A stretch of DNA of 64,000 nucleotides from an uncultured Rikenellaceae bacterium (GTDB lineage Bacteria > Bacteroidota > Bacteroidia > Bacteroidales > VadinHA17): NCBI GenBank assembly GCA_964507015.1, contig CAZDOM010000005.1, forward strand, positions 3,654-67,653, read 5' to 3'. Shown here piece after piece: positions 32,873-42,676 of this stretch (position 1 is the first letter of the stretch; each line of letters begins with the position of its first letter). A program made the position numbers and the translations under genes. The notes beneath the pieces were generated by a model. That model saw nothing but the letters and a program-made list of their open reading frames with translations, had not been told where the DNA came from and did no database searches.

Positions 32873-35461
32873 TTAATAATTATCATGGTAGTCATACCGA
32901 CGTTCATATTTAAGATCGGACAGGACAGCCGCATTGACTCTTATAGTGAATGTCCACATTTTCATATAACCTATCGGATACCAGCTGAATCCCATATTCC
33001 AGCAGTGGAGATCACGGGTTATCATTAACTGGGTAGTAGTTATCTTCTTTTGTTTGAAATCATAACCAGTATTATAATTAATCTTGGTTTTCTTTGTCAG
33101 GGTGACATTTCCGCCTGCTGAAAGTGTATGTGATACTGATCCTATCTCTCCGGGTCTTTTAAAATTCATAGTGTAGTTATATCTTATTCTCATAGACCAG
33201 GGGACATCAAACTCAGCATATCCGAATTCATCAAATCCTGCAGGTACAGTTGAAACTGTTCTGGTACCCGTCCTCTGTGCATCCGGACTATTCGATGGCC
33301 GTGATGGTGCCTGTGTCGTAGTTGACTTCTTATTACCCTTTAGAAGGTCACTGAGACTGAAATCAAGACTTATAGAAAATTGTGTCATACGAAGAAGCTT
33401 TCCGCTCTGGTCGAAATAAAAGGTTGCTATTTGTCTATCCAGTGAGTCAAGACCGTAAATCGAAAAACTGCTGCCTGCTGAAATACCAACCTTTTCAAGA
33501 AGTGTGGTTCTCAAAGTCATGGCAACAGGAGACCATGGCATTGAATCAGCGAAAATATTATATGATGTTGAAACTTGAAAATTATCGATCAGCTTAACAT
33601 TCTTACTTTTCCCTGTTGTATCCCCGCGCTCAAAAACTTTTGCTTCAAGGATGTTATTTATACTGAATGAAACATTACCACTCTTTTTTGATAATGAAGG
33701 TGTCCCATACAAATTTCCCGAACCGTCAAAAATTGAGTACTCTCTGGTTCTTCCACTTGTATCCTGCTGTACATCGTAATACATTTTAGAGCTTAAACCG
33801 TCAAAATAGGGAACAAATCCAAAACTTACCGATGGTTTGATCACATGTCTGATTGCATCCACCCTCGAATTTGGATTTACAAAATCGAAAATGCCAAATA
33901 TCTGAGGACTGTACCCTGCACTTATCGAAGGATTGATTGCATGACCATAAAAGAAACCCGTAAGTGTATCAGTAATAACCTTTTCATTGTCGGCATCCCA
34001 TCTTCGTATGTATTTTTTAGTGTACCCGACCCCTTTATATGATAACGTTGGTGATATTGAGAAGTTCCTGAAGGGTCGTATCATCAAGCTCACTGGAACT
34101 TCATGTTTGAAGCCATTTTTCATATTATCCCATACCTTGTTGGTAAACAGAATACTGTCCTTAGTACTGATCTGATTATCAAGTGATGATGTATACTGAA
34201 ATGATACTTCATGCCACCATTTCTTTGTTGTACTGTTTTTCCCCTTAAGAGGATAAATTCTTGAGGTATTGAAACTGAATTTAGGCAGATTCAGGGTTAC
34301 ATCATTTGTCCTTACATTCTGGCTATGATTCATACTGACAGACATATTAAAAGGTGTTCCTGCCCAGCTCCGTGAATAGCTGATACTCGATTGTTTTGTT
34401 GTGGTAACATGCTGGTTCAGGTCATAACTGTTTTCCCTGTCATAACCTGAAGAACTCATATTAACACTTGCTGAAAATCTTGTTCCGGGCCTTGCCTTCG
34501 GACTCTGGCTAAAAGTCCATGTGAGCCTGTAATTTGATTGCTTCTTATAATCAGCAAGCCCCTTATGCCCGGTTACATTATTTGCATAACTGAATGAAAA
34601 ATTACCACTATACTTATATTGTTTATTATAGCTGGTCTGTGCATTAAAAAGCCATGAACCGTTGGTAAAAATATTTCCCATGAGGGTCAGGTCGAAATAA
34701 TCGTTCAATGCAAAATAATATCCACCATCTGTAAGTGCATAACCCCTTGCCTCCTCATAATGAGGCTTTGGTATCAGAATACCGGATGCTGCTGCTTTTG
34801 TCTGGATAGGGAAATAGCCGAAGGGAAGATATAAAGGTAATGGAACTCCCTCCAGGACAAGATATCCGGGTCCGGAAATTATCTTTTCCCCCGGATATAC
34901 CTTTGCTTTTTTCAATGCAATGTAATAATGAGGAGTATCGGCATCACATGTTGAATATGTACTTTTATAGATATTTGATGTTCCGTCCTCAAGAAGCTTA
35001 GTGACCTGGCTATGTAAAAGACCCTCCTCCTGTTGAGTGATAATATTCTTAACAATTGCTTTTTTTGTTTTGAAGTTATATCTGAGTGTATCTGCTTCAA
35101 ATTCCTCAGAACCCGATTTGAAATATGGTTTCCCAGTTACCTGGCCTGTAGTATCCTTTATACCGACAGCATATATTTCATTATTATCCATATTAAAAAC
35201 AACAGAATCAGCTTCTATGAGAATATCACCATAGTTAACCTCTACCTGTTTTATAAGTGTTACTTTTCGGTTAATGAGATCATTTATCTTCTGTCCGGCT
35301 GCTTTATATATCACCTGCTGTTCAATAGCATCAGGAGATATTTTTTTAAGGTTTGTGATCGTATCAGCCAAAGGGATATTCTCCCGTACCAGTGTTATGT
35401 CGGGATCTGAAATATTTTCCTGAGAATACAATAAAGTAAAACGGACCATTACCAGGAGCAT
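32873..35461 (-). CDS. LptD/OstA-family outer-membrane LPS-assembly protein (Bacteroidota type)
   Basis: OstA-like N-terminal segment (LIKQVEVNYGDILIEADSVVFNMDNNEIYAVG...YSTCDADTPHYYI) followed by a long beta-barrel-like Tyr/Ser/Asn-rich region ending in aromatic residues. The ATG at 35461 (MLLVMVRFTLLYSQ) is preferred. The track start at 35686 overlaps the divergent amidase gene. Confidence 0.72.
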   Translation of the reverse strand: MLLVMVRFTLLYSQENISDPDITLVRENIPLADTITNLKKISPDAIEQQVIYKAAGQKINDLINRKVTLIKQVEVNYGDILIEADSVVFNMDNNEIYAVGIKDTTGQVTGKPYFKSGSEEFEADTLRYNFKTKKAIVKNIITQQEEGLLHSQVTKLLEDGTSNIYKSTYSTCDADTPHYYIALKKAKVYPGEKIISGPGYLVLEGVPLPLYLPFGYFPIQTKAAASGILIPKPHYEEARGYALTDGGYYFALNDYFDLTLMGNIFTNGSWLFNAQTSYNKQYKYSGNFSFSYANNVTGHKGLADYKKQSNYRLTWTFSQSPKARPGTRFSASVNMSSSGYDRENSYDLNQHVTTTKQSSISYSRSWAGTPFNMSVSMNHSQNVRTNDVTLNLPKFSFNTSRIYPLKGKNSTTKKWWHEVSFQYTSSLDNQISTKDSILFTNKVWDNMKNGFKHEVPVSLMIRPFRNFSISPTLSYKGVGYTKKYIRRWDADNEKVITDTLTGFFYGHAINPSISAGYSPQIFGIFDFVNPNSRVDAIRHVIKPSVSFGFVPYFDGLSSKMYYDVQQDTSGRTREYSIFDGSGNLYGTPSLSKKSGNVSFSINNILEAKVFERGDTTGKSKNVKLIDNFQVSTSYNIFADSMPWSPVAMTLRTTLLEKVGISAGSSFSIYGLDSLDRQIATFYFDQSGKLLRMTQFSISLDFSLSDLLKGNKKSTTTQAPSRPSNSPDAQRTGTRTVSTVPAGFDEFGYAEFDVPWSMRIRYNYTMNFKRPGEIGSVSHTLSAGGNVTLTKKTKINYNTGYDFKQKKITTTQLMITRDLHCWNMGFSWYPIGYMKMWTFTIRVNAAVLSDLKYERRYDYHDNY

Positions 35462-35503
35462 TACAAGGAACCGTTTTTCTTTCAAATAATACAACTTAAA
35501 TAC

Positions 35504-35511
35504 TATTTTTG
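35504..35511 (+). promoter_or_regulatory. TAnnTTTG -7 element upstream of the amidase gene
   Basis: tatttttg lies 63 nt upstream of the ATG at 35574. Confidence 0.4.
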
Positions 35512-35573
35512 TACAGTTTTTGTTTGATTCTGGGATGTTAGCGGCAAAACTATTAAAAAAACGCGAACCAAAC

Positions 35574-36725
35574 ATGGGTACTTTATTTAAAAACGGAAAA
35601 CATAATCCGGTTAATATATATGCAGCAGCTATATTTCTCATTTTTATAATAAGCCCATGCGATGCCAGAGTGCAATTAACTGGCACTGAATCTGAAAAAA
35701 AATGGATAATTGTTATTGACCCGGGTCATGGAGGCAAGGATTCAGGAGCACTCGGATCATTCAGCAAGGAAAAGGATATAAATCTTTCAATATCTTTAAA
35801 AACAGGTAATTACCTCGAAAAGAACCTGGACAACGTTACTGTAATCTATACAAGGAAGGATGATTCTACTGTTGACCTGATTGATCGACCCAAGATCGCA
35901 AATAAGAATAAAGCAGATCTCTTTATTTCCATACATTCTAACTGGGCAAAGGTAAAGAGTGTTACCGGTGCAGAGACCTTTGTGATGGGACATACCAAAG
36001 ACGAAGCTAACCTTCAGGTAGCAATGAAGGAGAATGAGGTAATATTACTGGAAGAGGACTATACTACAAAATATGCGGGATTTGATCCCAAGTCACCTGA
36101 ATCATATATAATGTTCACTCTTACACAAAATGTCTACCTGGAGCAGAGTACCGAGCTTGCGGCCAAGATCCAGAATCAATTCAATGTAAGGATTAACAGA
36201 AAGGATCGTGGAGTTAAACAGGCTGGTTTCTGGGTTTTGTACAATACGGCTATGCCGAGTGTACTTATTGAGACCGGTTTTATTACGAATACTGAGGAAG
36301 AAAAATATCTGAATTCACAGCAGGGGCAGGATTACCTGGCATCAGCTATATTCAGGGCATGCAGGGACTATATAAATGAAATAGATCTCATGAGTGAGAT
36401 CTCAGCTGTCAAGGATACGGAACAACCTGCAAGAACTCCTGACGGTAACCCTGATTTAACTAACAAGCTTGTTTTCATGGTACAGATAGCAACAGCCGGT
36501 TCCCGAACAGAAATTAAACCTGGAAACTTTAAAGGGCTTACAGATATTATTGAAATTCCTGTCCAGAACAGATATAAATATGCCACAGGGATCTTTTCCG
36601 AATACAAGGAGGCTGTGGAACACAGGAAAAAAATAGAAACTATCTATCCTGATGCATTCGTAATTGCAGTAAAAGACAACAAAATATTACCTTTACAGCA
36701 GGCATTGGAGCTAAAAAGAAAATAA
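35574..36725 (+). CDS. N-acetylmuramoyl-L-alanine amidase (Amidase_3) with a C-terminal SPOR-like domain
   Basis: IVIDPGHGGKDSGA, DLFISIHSN, ETGFITN, and a C-terminal FMVQIATAGS...YKYATGIFSEYKEA SPOR-like segment. The ATG at 35574 gives a signal-peptide-like N-terminus. Confidence 0.85.
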   Translation: MGTLFKNGKHNPVNIYAAAIFLIFIISPCDARVQLTGTESEKKWIIVIDPGHGGKDSGALGSFSKEKDINLSISLKTGNYLEKNLDNVTVIYTRKDDSTVDLIDRPKIANKNKADLFISIHSNWAKVKSVTGAETFVMGHTKDEANLQVAMKENEVILLEEDYTTKYAGFDPKSPESYIMFTLTQNVYLEQSTELAAKIQNQFNVRINRKDRGVKQAGFWVLYNTAMPSVLIETGFITNTEEEKYLNSQQGQDYLASAIFRACRDYINEIDLMSEISAVKDTEQPARTPDGNPDLTNKLVFMVQIATAGSRTEIKPGNFKGLTDIIEIPVQNRYKYATGIFSEYKEAVEHRKKIETIYPDAFVIAVKDNKILPLQQALELKRK

Positions 36726-36727
36726 TA

Positions 36728-37666
36728 ATGATTAAAATCTCAAACGAAATCAAGGTTGGTATAGTTACACTGTTGACTATTGTTGTATTCATATGGCTAT
36801 ATAATTTCCTGAAAGGAAAAGATCTTTTCAAGAATACAACATACTATTACTGTGTTTATGACAGAATAGGGGGACTTGCTGAATCGAGTCCTGTTGAGAT
36901 TAACGGCTATAAGGTAGGTGTGGTACAATCAATAGAGTTTCTGGATGAAACCAGCGGTAAGCTTGTTGTGACATTTTCTGTGGGCAGAGATTTCAAACTT
37001 CCGAAGAACACGATTGCTGAGATTGTTCCTGTATCGATTATTGCCGGAATGAAGGTACAGTTTCTTTTTGGAGCCGGACCGGATACATATTCCTCGGGTG
37101 ACACAATCCCGGGACGCCTTACGGAATCTTTGCTGACAACAATTGAAACAGAACTTTTTCCTGTAAAAAAACGTATAGAGGATCTGCTTGATGTTCTCGA
37201 TTCAGTAATTGTTTCCATTGATGAAATATTGTCTCCTGATTTCAGAAGAAATTTTGAGAGATCAGTTCAAAACCTTGGAAATATAACAGGGAGTATTGAT
37301 AATATACTGGGATCAAGAGAGAAAGAACTTAAAACAACACTTGACAATATTGCAAGGTTTTCACAGATGCTGTCAGATAATTCTGAAAATATGGGCAGTG
37401 CAATACATAACCTGAAATCAGTCACAGATACAATTGCTGCTGCAGATATTTATACCTCTGTCGCAGACCTGAAAACAAGCCTTGAAAATACTTCCCTCCT
37501 TCTTGAAAACCTGAATGAGGGTAAGGGAAGTGCCGGACAATTACTGGTAAACGATACACTTTACATGAATCTCTCCTCGAGTCTTGAGAATCTGAACCTG
37601 CTTTTAGAGGATCTGAAGGCAAATCCAAAGCGTTATGTTCACTTTTCTCTTTTCGGGAAAAAATAA
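36728..37666 (+). CDS. MlaD/MCE-family protein
   Basis: N-terminal TM helix and an MCE core (SPVEINGYKVGVVQSIEF), followed by a long helical tail. Confidence 0.75.
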   Translation: MIKISNEIKVGIVTLLTIVVFIWLYNFLKGKDLFKNTTYYYCVYDRIGGLAESSPVEINGYKVGVVQSIEFLDETSGKLVVTFSVGRDFKLPKNTIAEIVPVSIIAGMKVQFLFGAGPDTYSSGDTIPGRLTESLLTTIETELFPVKKRIEDLLDVLDSVIVSIDEILSPDFRRNFERSVQNLGNITGSIDNILGSREKELKTTLDNIARFSQMLSDNSENMGSAIHNLKSVTDTIAAADIYTSVADLKTSLENTSLLLENLNEGKGSAGQLLVNDTLYMNLSSSLENLNLLLEDLKANPKRYVHFSLFGKK

Positions 37667-38017
37667 ATATTCATTTAGTTTCATTTTTATAAAATTCAGT
37701 GTATCTTGATCTTGAAAATAATTAAAAGAACCAATGTCAAAATTGTGGTAATATTTTATCCTTTATGTTAATTTTTGAGTAACATGCCATAACAAATTGT
37801 ATTACACCACCAAAACGAAAAATTAATTTATAACATACTGATATTAAGATTTCTACATAATTAAAAAATATTTATTTATATAAGTTACTGACCCAGAAAA
37901 ACATATACTTTTTTTGTAAAAATCAAGTAAAAAAAATTTTTTTTTTAAGTTTTTTTTTTACAAATATTGCTATCTGAATCAGATTGAGGATAACCCTGAA
38001 ATTAATTAATAATTTAA
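37667..38017. other. AT-rich gap upstream of dnaA; candidate oriC / DNA-unwinding region (weak)
   Basis: 351-bp non-coding gap with A8-T10 and T10 tracts at 37929-37959. One 8/9 DnaA-box-like site, tgaggataa, sits at 37985-37993. Two weaker sites sit at 37744-37764. Confidence 0.3.
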
Positions 38018-39448
38018 ATGAACAAAACACATCATGACGTATGGAATAACTGTCTGAAAATTATTAAAGATATCATTCCATCTGTCAGCTTTAAAACATG
38101 GTTTGAACCAATTATTCCCTTAAAACTGGAAAACAATGTACTTACTATTCAGGTACCGAGTCCCTTTTTTTATGAGTACCTTGAAGAGCAATATATTGAC
38201 ATCCTCAGAAAAACACTCAGGAGAGAGATTGGTAATGATGCAAAGCTAGAATATAACGTCGTGATGGAAAATGCTATCTATTCCGATGGCAAACCATATA
38301 CTGTAAGGTATCCCTCAAGAAATAAGACAGATCTGCATAATAAGCCGGTACAGGTTCCCTTTGATGTAACTCAGCCATCAATTAGAAATCCATTTGTAAT
38401 TCCCGGGATCAAGAAGGTCCATTTTGATCCGAAGCTTAATCCCGACTATAACTTTAACAACTATGTCGAAGGGGAATGTAACAGACTGGCAAGGTCTGCA
38501 GGTATTGCTGTTGGAAATAATCCAGGCGGTACTGCTTTTAATCCACTGATGATATATGGTGATTCGGGCCTGGGAAAAACACATCTCGCACAGGCAATCG
38601 GGATTCTGGTAAAAGAGAAACATCCTGACAAGATTGTCCTTTATGTCAATGCAAATAAGTTCCAGACCCAGTTTGTAGAATCTGTCAGAAACAATAACAA
38701 GAATGATTTCCTGCATTTTTACCAGATGATAGATGTTCTCATTCTTGATGATGTACATGAATTTGCAGGTAAGGAAAAGACCCAGGACACATTCTTTCAT
38801 ATTTTCAACCATCTGCATCAGTCAGGCAAACAGCTTATCCTGACATGTGATAAACCACCGGTTGATCTACAGGGTTTGGAGCAAAGGTTACTCTCAAGAT
38901 TTAAATGGGGACTCCAGGCCGATTTACAACGCCCTGATTATGAGACCCGTCTGGCAATCCTGAAAAAGAAGGCCTATAACGACGGAATAGAACTTTCAGA
39001 AGATATATTTGAATTTCTGGCAGTAAACATCTCAAATAATATCAGGGAGCTGGAAGCAGTATTGATTTCTCTTTACGCCCAGTCAACTCTTAACAAAAAA
39101 GAGATAACGCTTGATCTTGCACGGATGATGGTTGAAAAACTTATCAGTACTGCCAGGAGAGAAATTACTATTGACTTTATCCAGAAGATAGTATGTGACT
39201 ATTACAAGATACCGGTCGATCTTATACAGGGTAAAACAAGAAAGAGGGAGATCGTACAGGCACGTCAGGTATCAATGTATTTTTCAAAGAACCTTACAAA
39301 AGCTTCGCTGGCAAGTATCGGATCGCATATCGGCGGTAAAGATCATGCAACAGTCCTGCATGCATGTAAAACAGTGAACAACCTTATTGATACTGATAAA
39401 CATTTCAGGAATCAGATTAACGATATAGAAAAAAAACTGAAAGTGTGA
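38018..39448 (+). CDS. dnaA: Chromosomal replication initiator DnaA
   Basis: NPLMIYGDSGLGKTHL, LILDDVH, SNIRELE, and C-terminal DNA-binding helix QARQVSMYFSKNLT..S...IG...GGKDHATVLHA. Confidence 0.96.
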   Translation: MNKTHHDVWNNCLKIIKDIIPSVSFKTWFEPIIPLKLENNVLTIQVPSPFFYEYLEEQYIDILRKTLRREIGNDAKLEYNVVMENAIYSDGKPYTVRYPSRNKTDLHNKPVQVPFDVTQPSIRNPFVIPGIKKVHFDPKLNPDYNFNNYVEGECNRLARSAGIAVGNNPGGTAFNPLMIYGDSGLGKTHLAQAIGILVKEKHPDKIVLYVNANKFQTQFVESVRNNNKNDFLHFYQMIDVLILDDVHEFAGKEKTQDTFFHIFNHLHQSGKQLILTCDKPPVDLQGLEQRLLSRFKWGLQADLQRPDYETRLAILKKKAYNDGIELSEDIFEFLAVNISNNIRELEAVLISLYAQSTLNKKEITLDLARMMVEKLISTARREITIDFIQKIVCDYYKIPVDLIQGKTRKREIVQARQVSMYFSKNLTKASLASIGSHIGGKDHATVLHACKTVNNLIDTDKHFRNQINDIEKKLKV

Positions 39449-39473
39449 GGTAAATCCTTAAAATTCTTCCTGT

Positions 39474-42266
39474 CTATTTTATATCTTTAACACATCTGAA
39501 TCCTACTGTAGCGCTCCTGTCGAAACCGGGAGATACCAGCAGCATTATCTGGGTTTTATTAAGCGGCTGTGGGCCTCCCTCGATATACCACCAGCTTGAT
39601 TCAGGACGGAAATAACTGCCTCCCCTGATTATCAGGAAATAGTAAGCTCCATTAAAATAGAGGTCATTGGTCATCTGCCACACATTGCCTATCATATCAA
39701 TTGCACCATAAGGGCTTTGTCCTTTCGCGAAAGCATTAACCGGTGTCGGCCTGTCAAATCCGTTATTACAGTTTGTACCATGAAACACATTTCCCCATGG
39801 CCACAATCTGCCGTCTGTTCCCTGAGCCGCCAACTGCCATTCAGCTTCCGTTGGAAGCCTTTTCCCTGCCCATTCTGCATAGGCCAGGACATCTTCATAG
39901 CTAACATAAACCACAGGATAATTACCCTGTCCTTGTTTATATATTCCGGATTCCCAGTGCCTTAGATAATTTACAGTGTCTTTTGGATAGTATCCCGACT
40001 CAGAAATGAATTCATAATAGTCAATATTTGTGACCGGATATCTGTCAATCAGGAAGCTGTCAATACTAATACTTTTCCCTCTGATGTCAGGATAAGGCAT
40101 AAAATCTTCGCGGGTAGTCACATTAAAAGAAAAATCTGTACCCGGAATCAGGACCATGTTATCAGGAATATATGAATATCGTTCTGTACGTATAACCTTA
40201 CTTATTATCCATGGTTTACCTCCCTGCAGCCTGAGAATATTCTCATCTTTCAGGCTCTTATTGTCAATAAGCTGAATAACTATTTTGCCTTCATAATATC
40301 CGAACAGGTCAGTAATACATAACACAGTGTCATTAAGTATTTTAAATTCCTTATTTTCTGTCTGATATGAGGGATCTCCTTTCCAGATAAAAACGACACC
40401 TGAATCCTGTCCCTTTATTTTTACTGAATCACCTTCAAGTCTTGATTTTAGCAAGTCAGGTAGTTCTGCAATACAATCTACTGATCCCTCCTTTCTTGTT
40501 CCGGAAAAGACTTCATGCCAACCATCTGTCAGAGCACTCAGATAATATTTCCCGTTTTCTGGTTCAGGTGTAAGGTTTTCGTGATTCCATAATGAAACAT
40601 AATGTTTACCGGTGTAATAATCAATCTCGAAAAGTTTTTCTGCAATTCCTTCCGGCTTCATATTCAATACTGTATATACTGTTTTATCTCCTGAGCTCCA
40701 ACGATTTACATAAGAATCATCGATTATCGTTGGTATAAGAGGTGTCCAATTGTAATCAAGGAATGCGTCGTTATTCTGTCTGAGGATGAAAGTTGTTTTC
40801 GCCAGGAATTCAAGGTCTTTATCAAAATCTTCATTTCTTCCCCCCGGCCTGTACATATTAAGTTCTGTACCATATCCATTAAAAAAGGCTATTGCCACCT
40901 CACGGTGAATAATATCTTCACCAACATCACAAACCCTGAATATTGAAAAATCAGGTTTAATCAGCTTATTAAGATTTAGCCTGGGACTCAAATAAATAGC
41001 ATTATGAACACGACCTGCTATAATACCGGGCATATCTTTCGTAACTGCCATACCCTCGGAATACATTATAACCCCTTTTTTAACACTATCGGCAGCTGCC
41101 TGAAGTTCATAACTTGAACTGCCTCTTGTATCCAGTACGACACCATCGGCATCTGTTTCTGCAATGATACTTGACAAACCCCTGTAATGATCCTCTTTTT
41201 TTGTACTGTTATCCCAGGGATTATAGGAAATAAAGAATTTAGTACCGGAAAGTCGTGCCAAATTGGCAAAGCTCCTGAGTTGTGATGTTCCACCGGGAAG
41301 GTCACGATACATATCCCACTGGTTTTTTTGATCCAGTCCAAGCCTTGGCCATGTAGGCCAAATACAGAATACATCATAGTATCCGAAAAGTTCAATTCCC
41401 TTCCTGATAACATCCGGAAATGTATATTTGCCGGTAAAGCGATCATAAAACTCGATGTCCCAGGCCATCTGCAGAATCATTAAATAACTCTCTTTTATCC
41501 AGGAAAGGTCTTCACGTTCATATAGTGAATTATCAAATTTTTCAAGATCAAAAAGGTATTTATCCCTGAACATCAGCTTAAGACCCTCCTGCCACTCCCC
41601 TTTGAATACTTCAGCGTATAATACATAAGATATCTCCGCCTGTGGAGGTAATATTGTCTCATATCTTCGCCTGGTGCCATTTTTTATATTCTGACGCCTT
41701 GCAATAGCACAGACAGAGTATTCTTTTTCTATTATGAATGACGAATATCCCATCTCCCATGCATTGTCAGGAAGGATTACTCTGACAGGACCATATTCGG
41801 GACGGAACAGATAAGCCCGGGCCAGGTCGGGAGGACCATATCCTGTTATATATACATGCGACGCATCCTCACCAAATGGAACAACATTGCTCAGGGTAAC
41901 AGTATCAGCCCCGGTATTCTTAAAAAGGATCTCAGCCGACCAGGTACCGGATGAATGATTTACTATAGATGTGGCTACCTTTATACCATTTTCAAAAGAC
42001 TGTACATACGAATCTGCCTGTTTTACTGCCTCCCTGTCATCTGAATTGAAATATTTTCCGTTTACCAGGAAACTAAACAATTGAATATTTCCGTTATTAT
42101 TGAGTAGTGTGCTGTCAAGCAGGGTAATTTTCCCTGCGGACAAGCCCGGACTAAGAGAGATACTGATATTTTCAATAACCTGGGAATAAGCAGAATATGA
42201 TGAAAGGAACACTATTAAAAAACAAAGACGGATCTTTATCCCCATAAAAAGAATATTATTCAGCAT
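39474..42266 (-). CDS. Secreted 930-aa protein: unknown N-terminal region (~630 aa) fused to a C-terminal FGE/SUMF1-type domain
   Basis: Signal peptide. C-terminal motifs: YPVTN..Y..F, YPVVYVSYEDVLAYAEWAGKRLPTEAEWQLAA, GNVWQMTND, RGGSY, GFRCVKD. Confidence 0.7.
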   Translation of the reverse strand: MLNNILFMGIKIRLCFLIVFLSSYSAYSQVIENISISLSPGLSAGKITLLDSTLLNNNGNIQLFSFLVNGKYFNSDDREAVKQADSYVQSFENGIKVATSIVNHSSGTWSAEILFKNTGADTVTLSNVVPFGEDASHVYITGYGPPDLARAYLFRPEYGPVRVILPDNAWEMGYSSFIIEKEYSVCAIARRQNIKNGTRRRYETILPPQAEISYVLYAEVFKGEWQEGLKLMFRDKYLFDLEKFDNSLYEREDLSWIKESYLMILQMAWDIEFYDRFTGKYTFPDVIRKGIELFGYYDVFCIWPTWPRLGLDQKNQWDMYRDLPGGTSQLRSFANLARLSGTKFFISYNPWDNSTKKEDHYRGLSSIIAETDADGVVLDTRGSSSYELQAAADSVKKGVIMYSEGMAVTKDMPGIIAGRVHNAIYLSPRLNLNKLIKPDFSIFRVCDVGEDIIHREVAIAFFNGYGTELNMYRPGGRNEDFDKDLEFLAKTTFILRQNNDAFLDYNWTPLIPTIIDDSYVNRWSSGDKTVYTVLNMKPEGIAEKLFEIDYYTGKHYVSLWNHENLTPEPENGKYYLSALTDGWHEVFSGTRKEGSVDCIAELPDLLKSRLEGDSVKIKGQDSGVVFIWKGDPSYQTENKEFKILNDTVLCITDLFGYYEGKIVIQLIDNKSLKDENILRLQGGKPWIISKVIRTERYSYIPDNMVLIPGTDFSFNVTTREDFMPYPDIRGKSISIDSFLIDRYPVTNIDYYEFISESGYYPKDTVNYLRHWESGIYKQGQGNYPVVYVSYEDVLAYAEWAGKRLPTEAEWQLAAQGTDGRLWPWGNVFHGTNCNNGFDRPTPVNAFAKGQSPYGAIDMIGNVWQMTNDLYFNGAYYFLIIRGGSYFRPESSWWYIEGGPQPLNKTQIMLLVSPGFDRSATVGFRCVKDIK

Positions 42267-42455
42267 AAAAAAGATGATTCAATTTTCTGTTATACAAATT
42301 CATTTAACGACCCGGTGAGAAAATTACAAAATCTTGTCTTAATAAATAGCATATTTATAGTTAAAAATGCGTTTTGAATTATTAAAGGAACAACAGGTGA
42401 TCATTTTTTATTAAATAAATAATTTATATTTTTAAAGATTATATTATATTCTGAT

Positions 42456-42668
42456 ATGTTAAGTTCTAAATCAGCCAAAATAATTAAGTTCATCTTTCTA
42501 ATAATTCTTATTGGATTGTTGACCGGGTGTGCAACAGCAAAACAGAATCCTTATCATAAAAAAAAGTCAAAGGCTTCAAAAGTCAATGCCTCGCAACTTG
42601 GCAGAAATAGATATTATTTTTCGACTGGTTATCAGAAGAAGCTTCTGAAGAGCTATAAGAAGAAATAA
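42456..42668 (+). CDS. Small, highly basic lipoprotein (70 aa)
   Basis: Lipobox LLTGC after a hydrophobic leader; the mature part is Lys-rich. Coding status is not certain. Confidence 0.45.
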   Translation: MLSSKSAKIIKFIFLIILIGLLTGCATAKQNPYHKKKSKASKVNASQLGRNRYYFSTGYQKKLLKSYKKK

Positions 42669-42676
42669 GATCTATC

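Noticed and set aside
35462-35686. Apparent 167-nt head-to-head overlap of the LptD-like and amidase ORFs
   Set aside because: It is an artefact of longest-ORF calling. Internal ATGs at 35461 (minus) and 35574 (plus) give signal-peptide-like N-termini and leave a normal 112-bp divergent promoter region with a TAnnTTTG motif.
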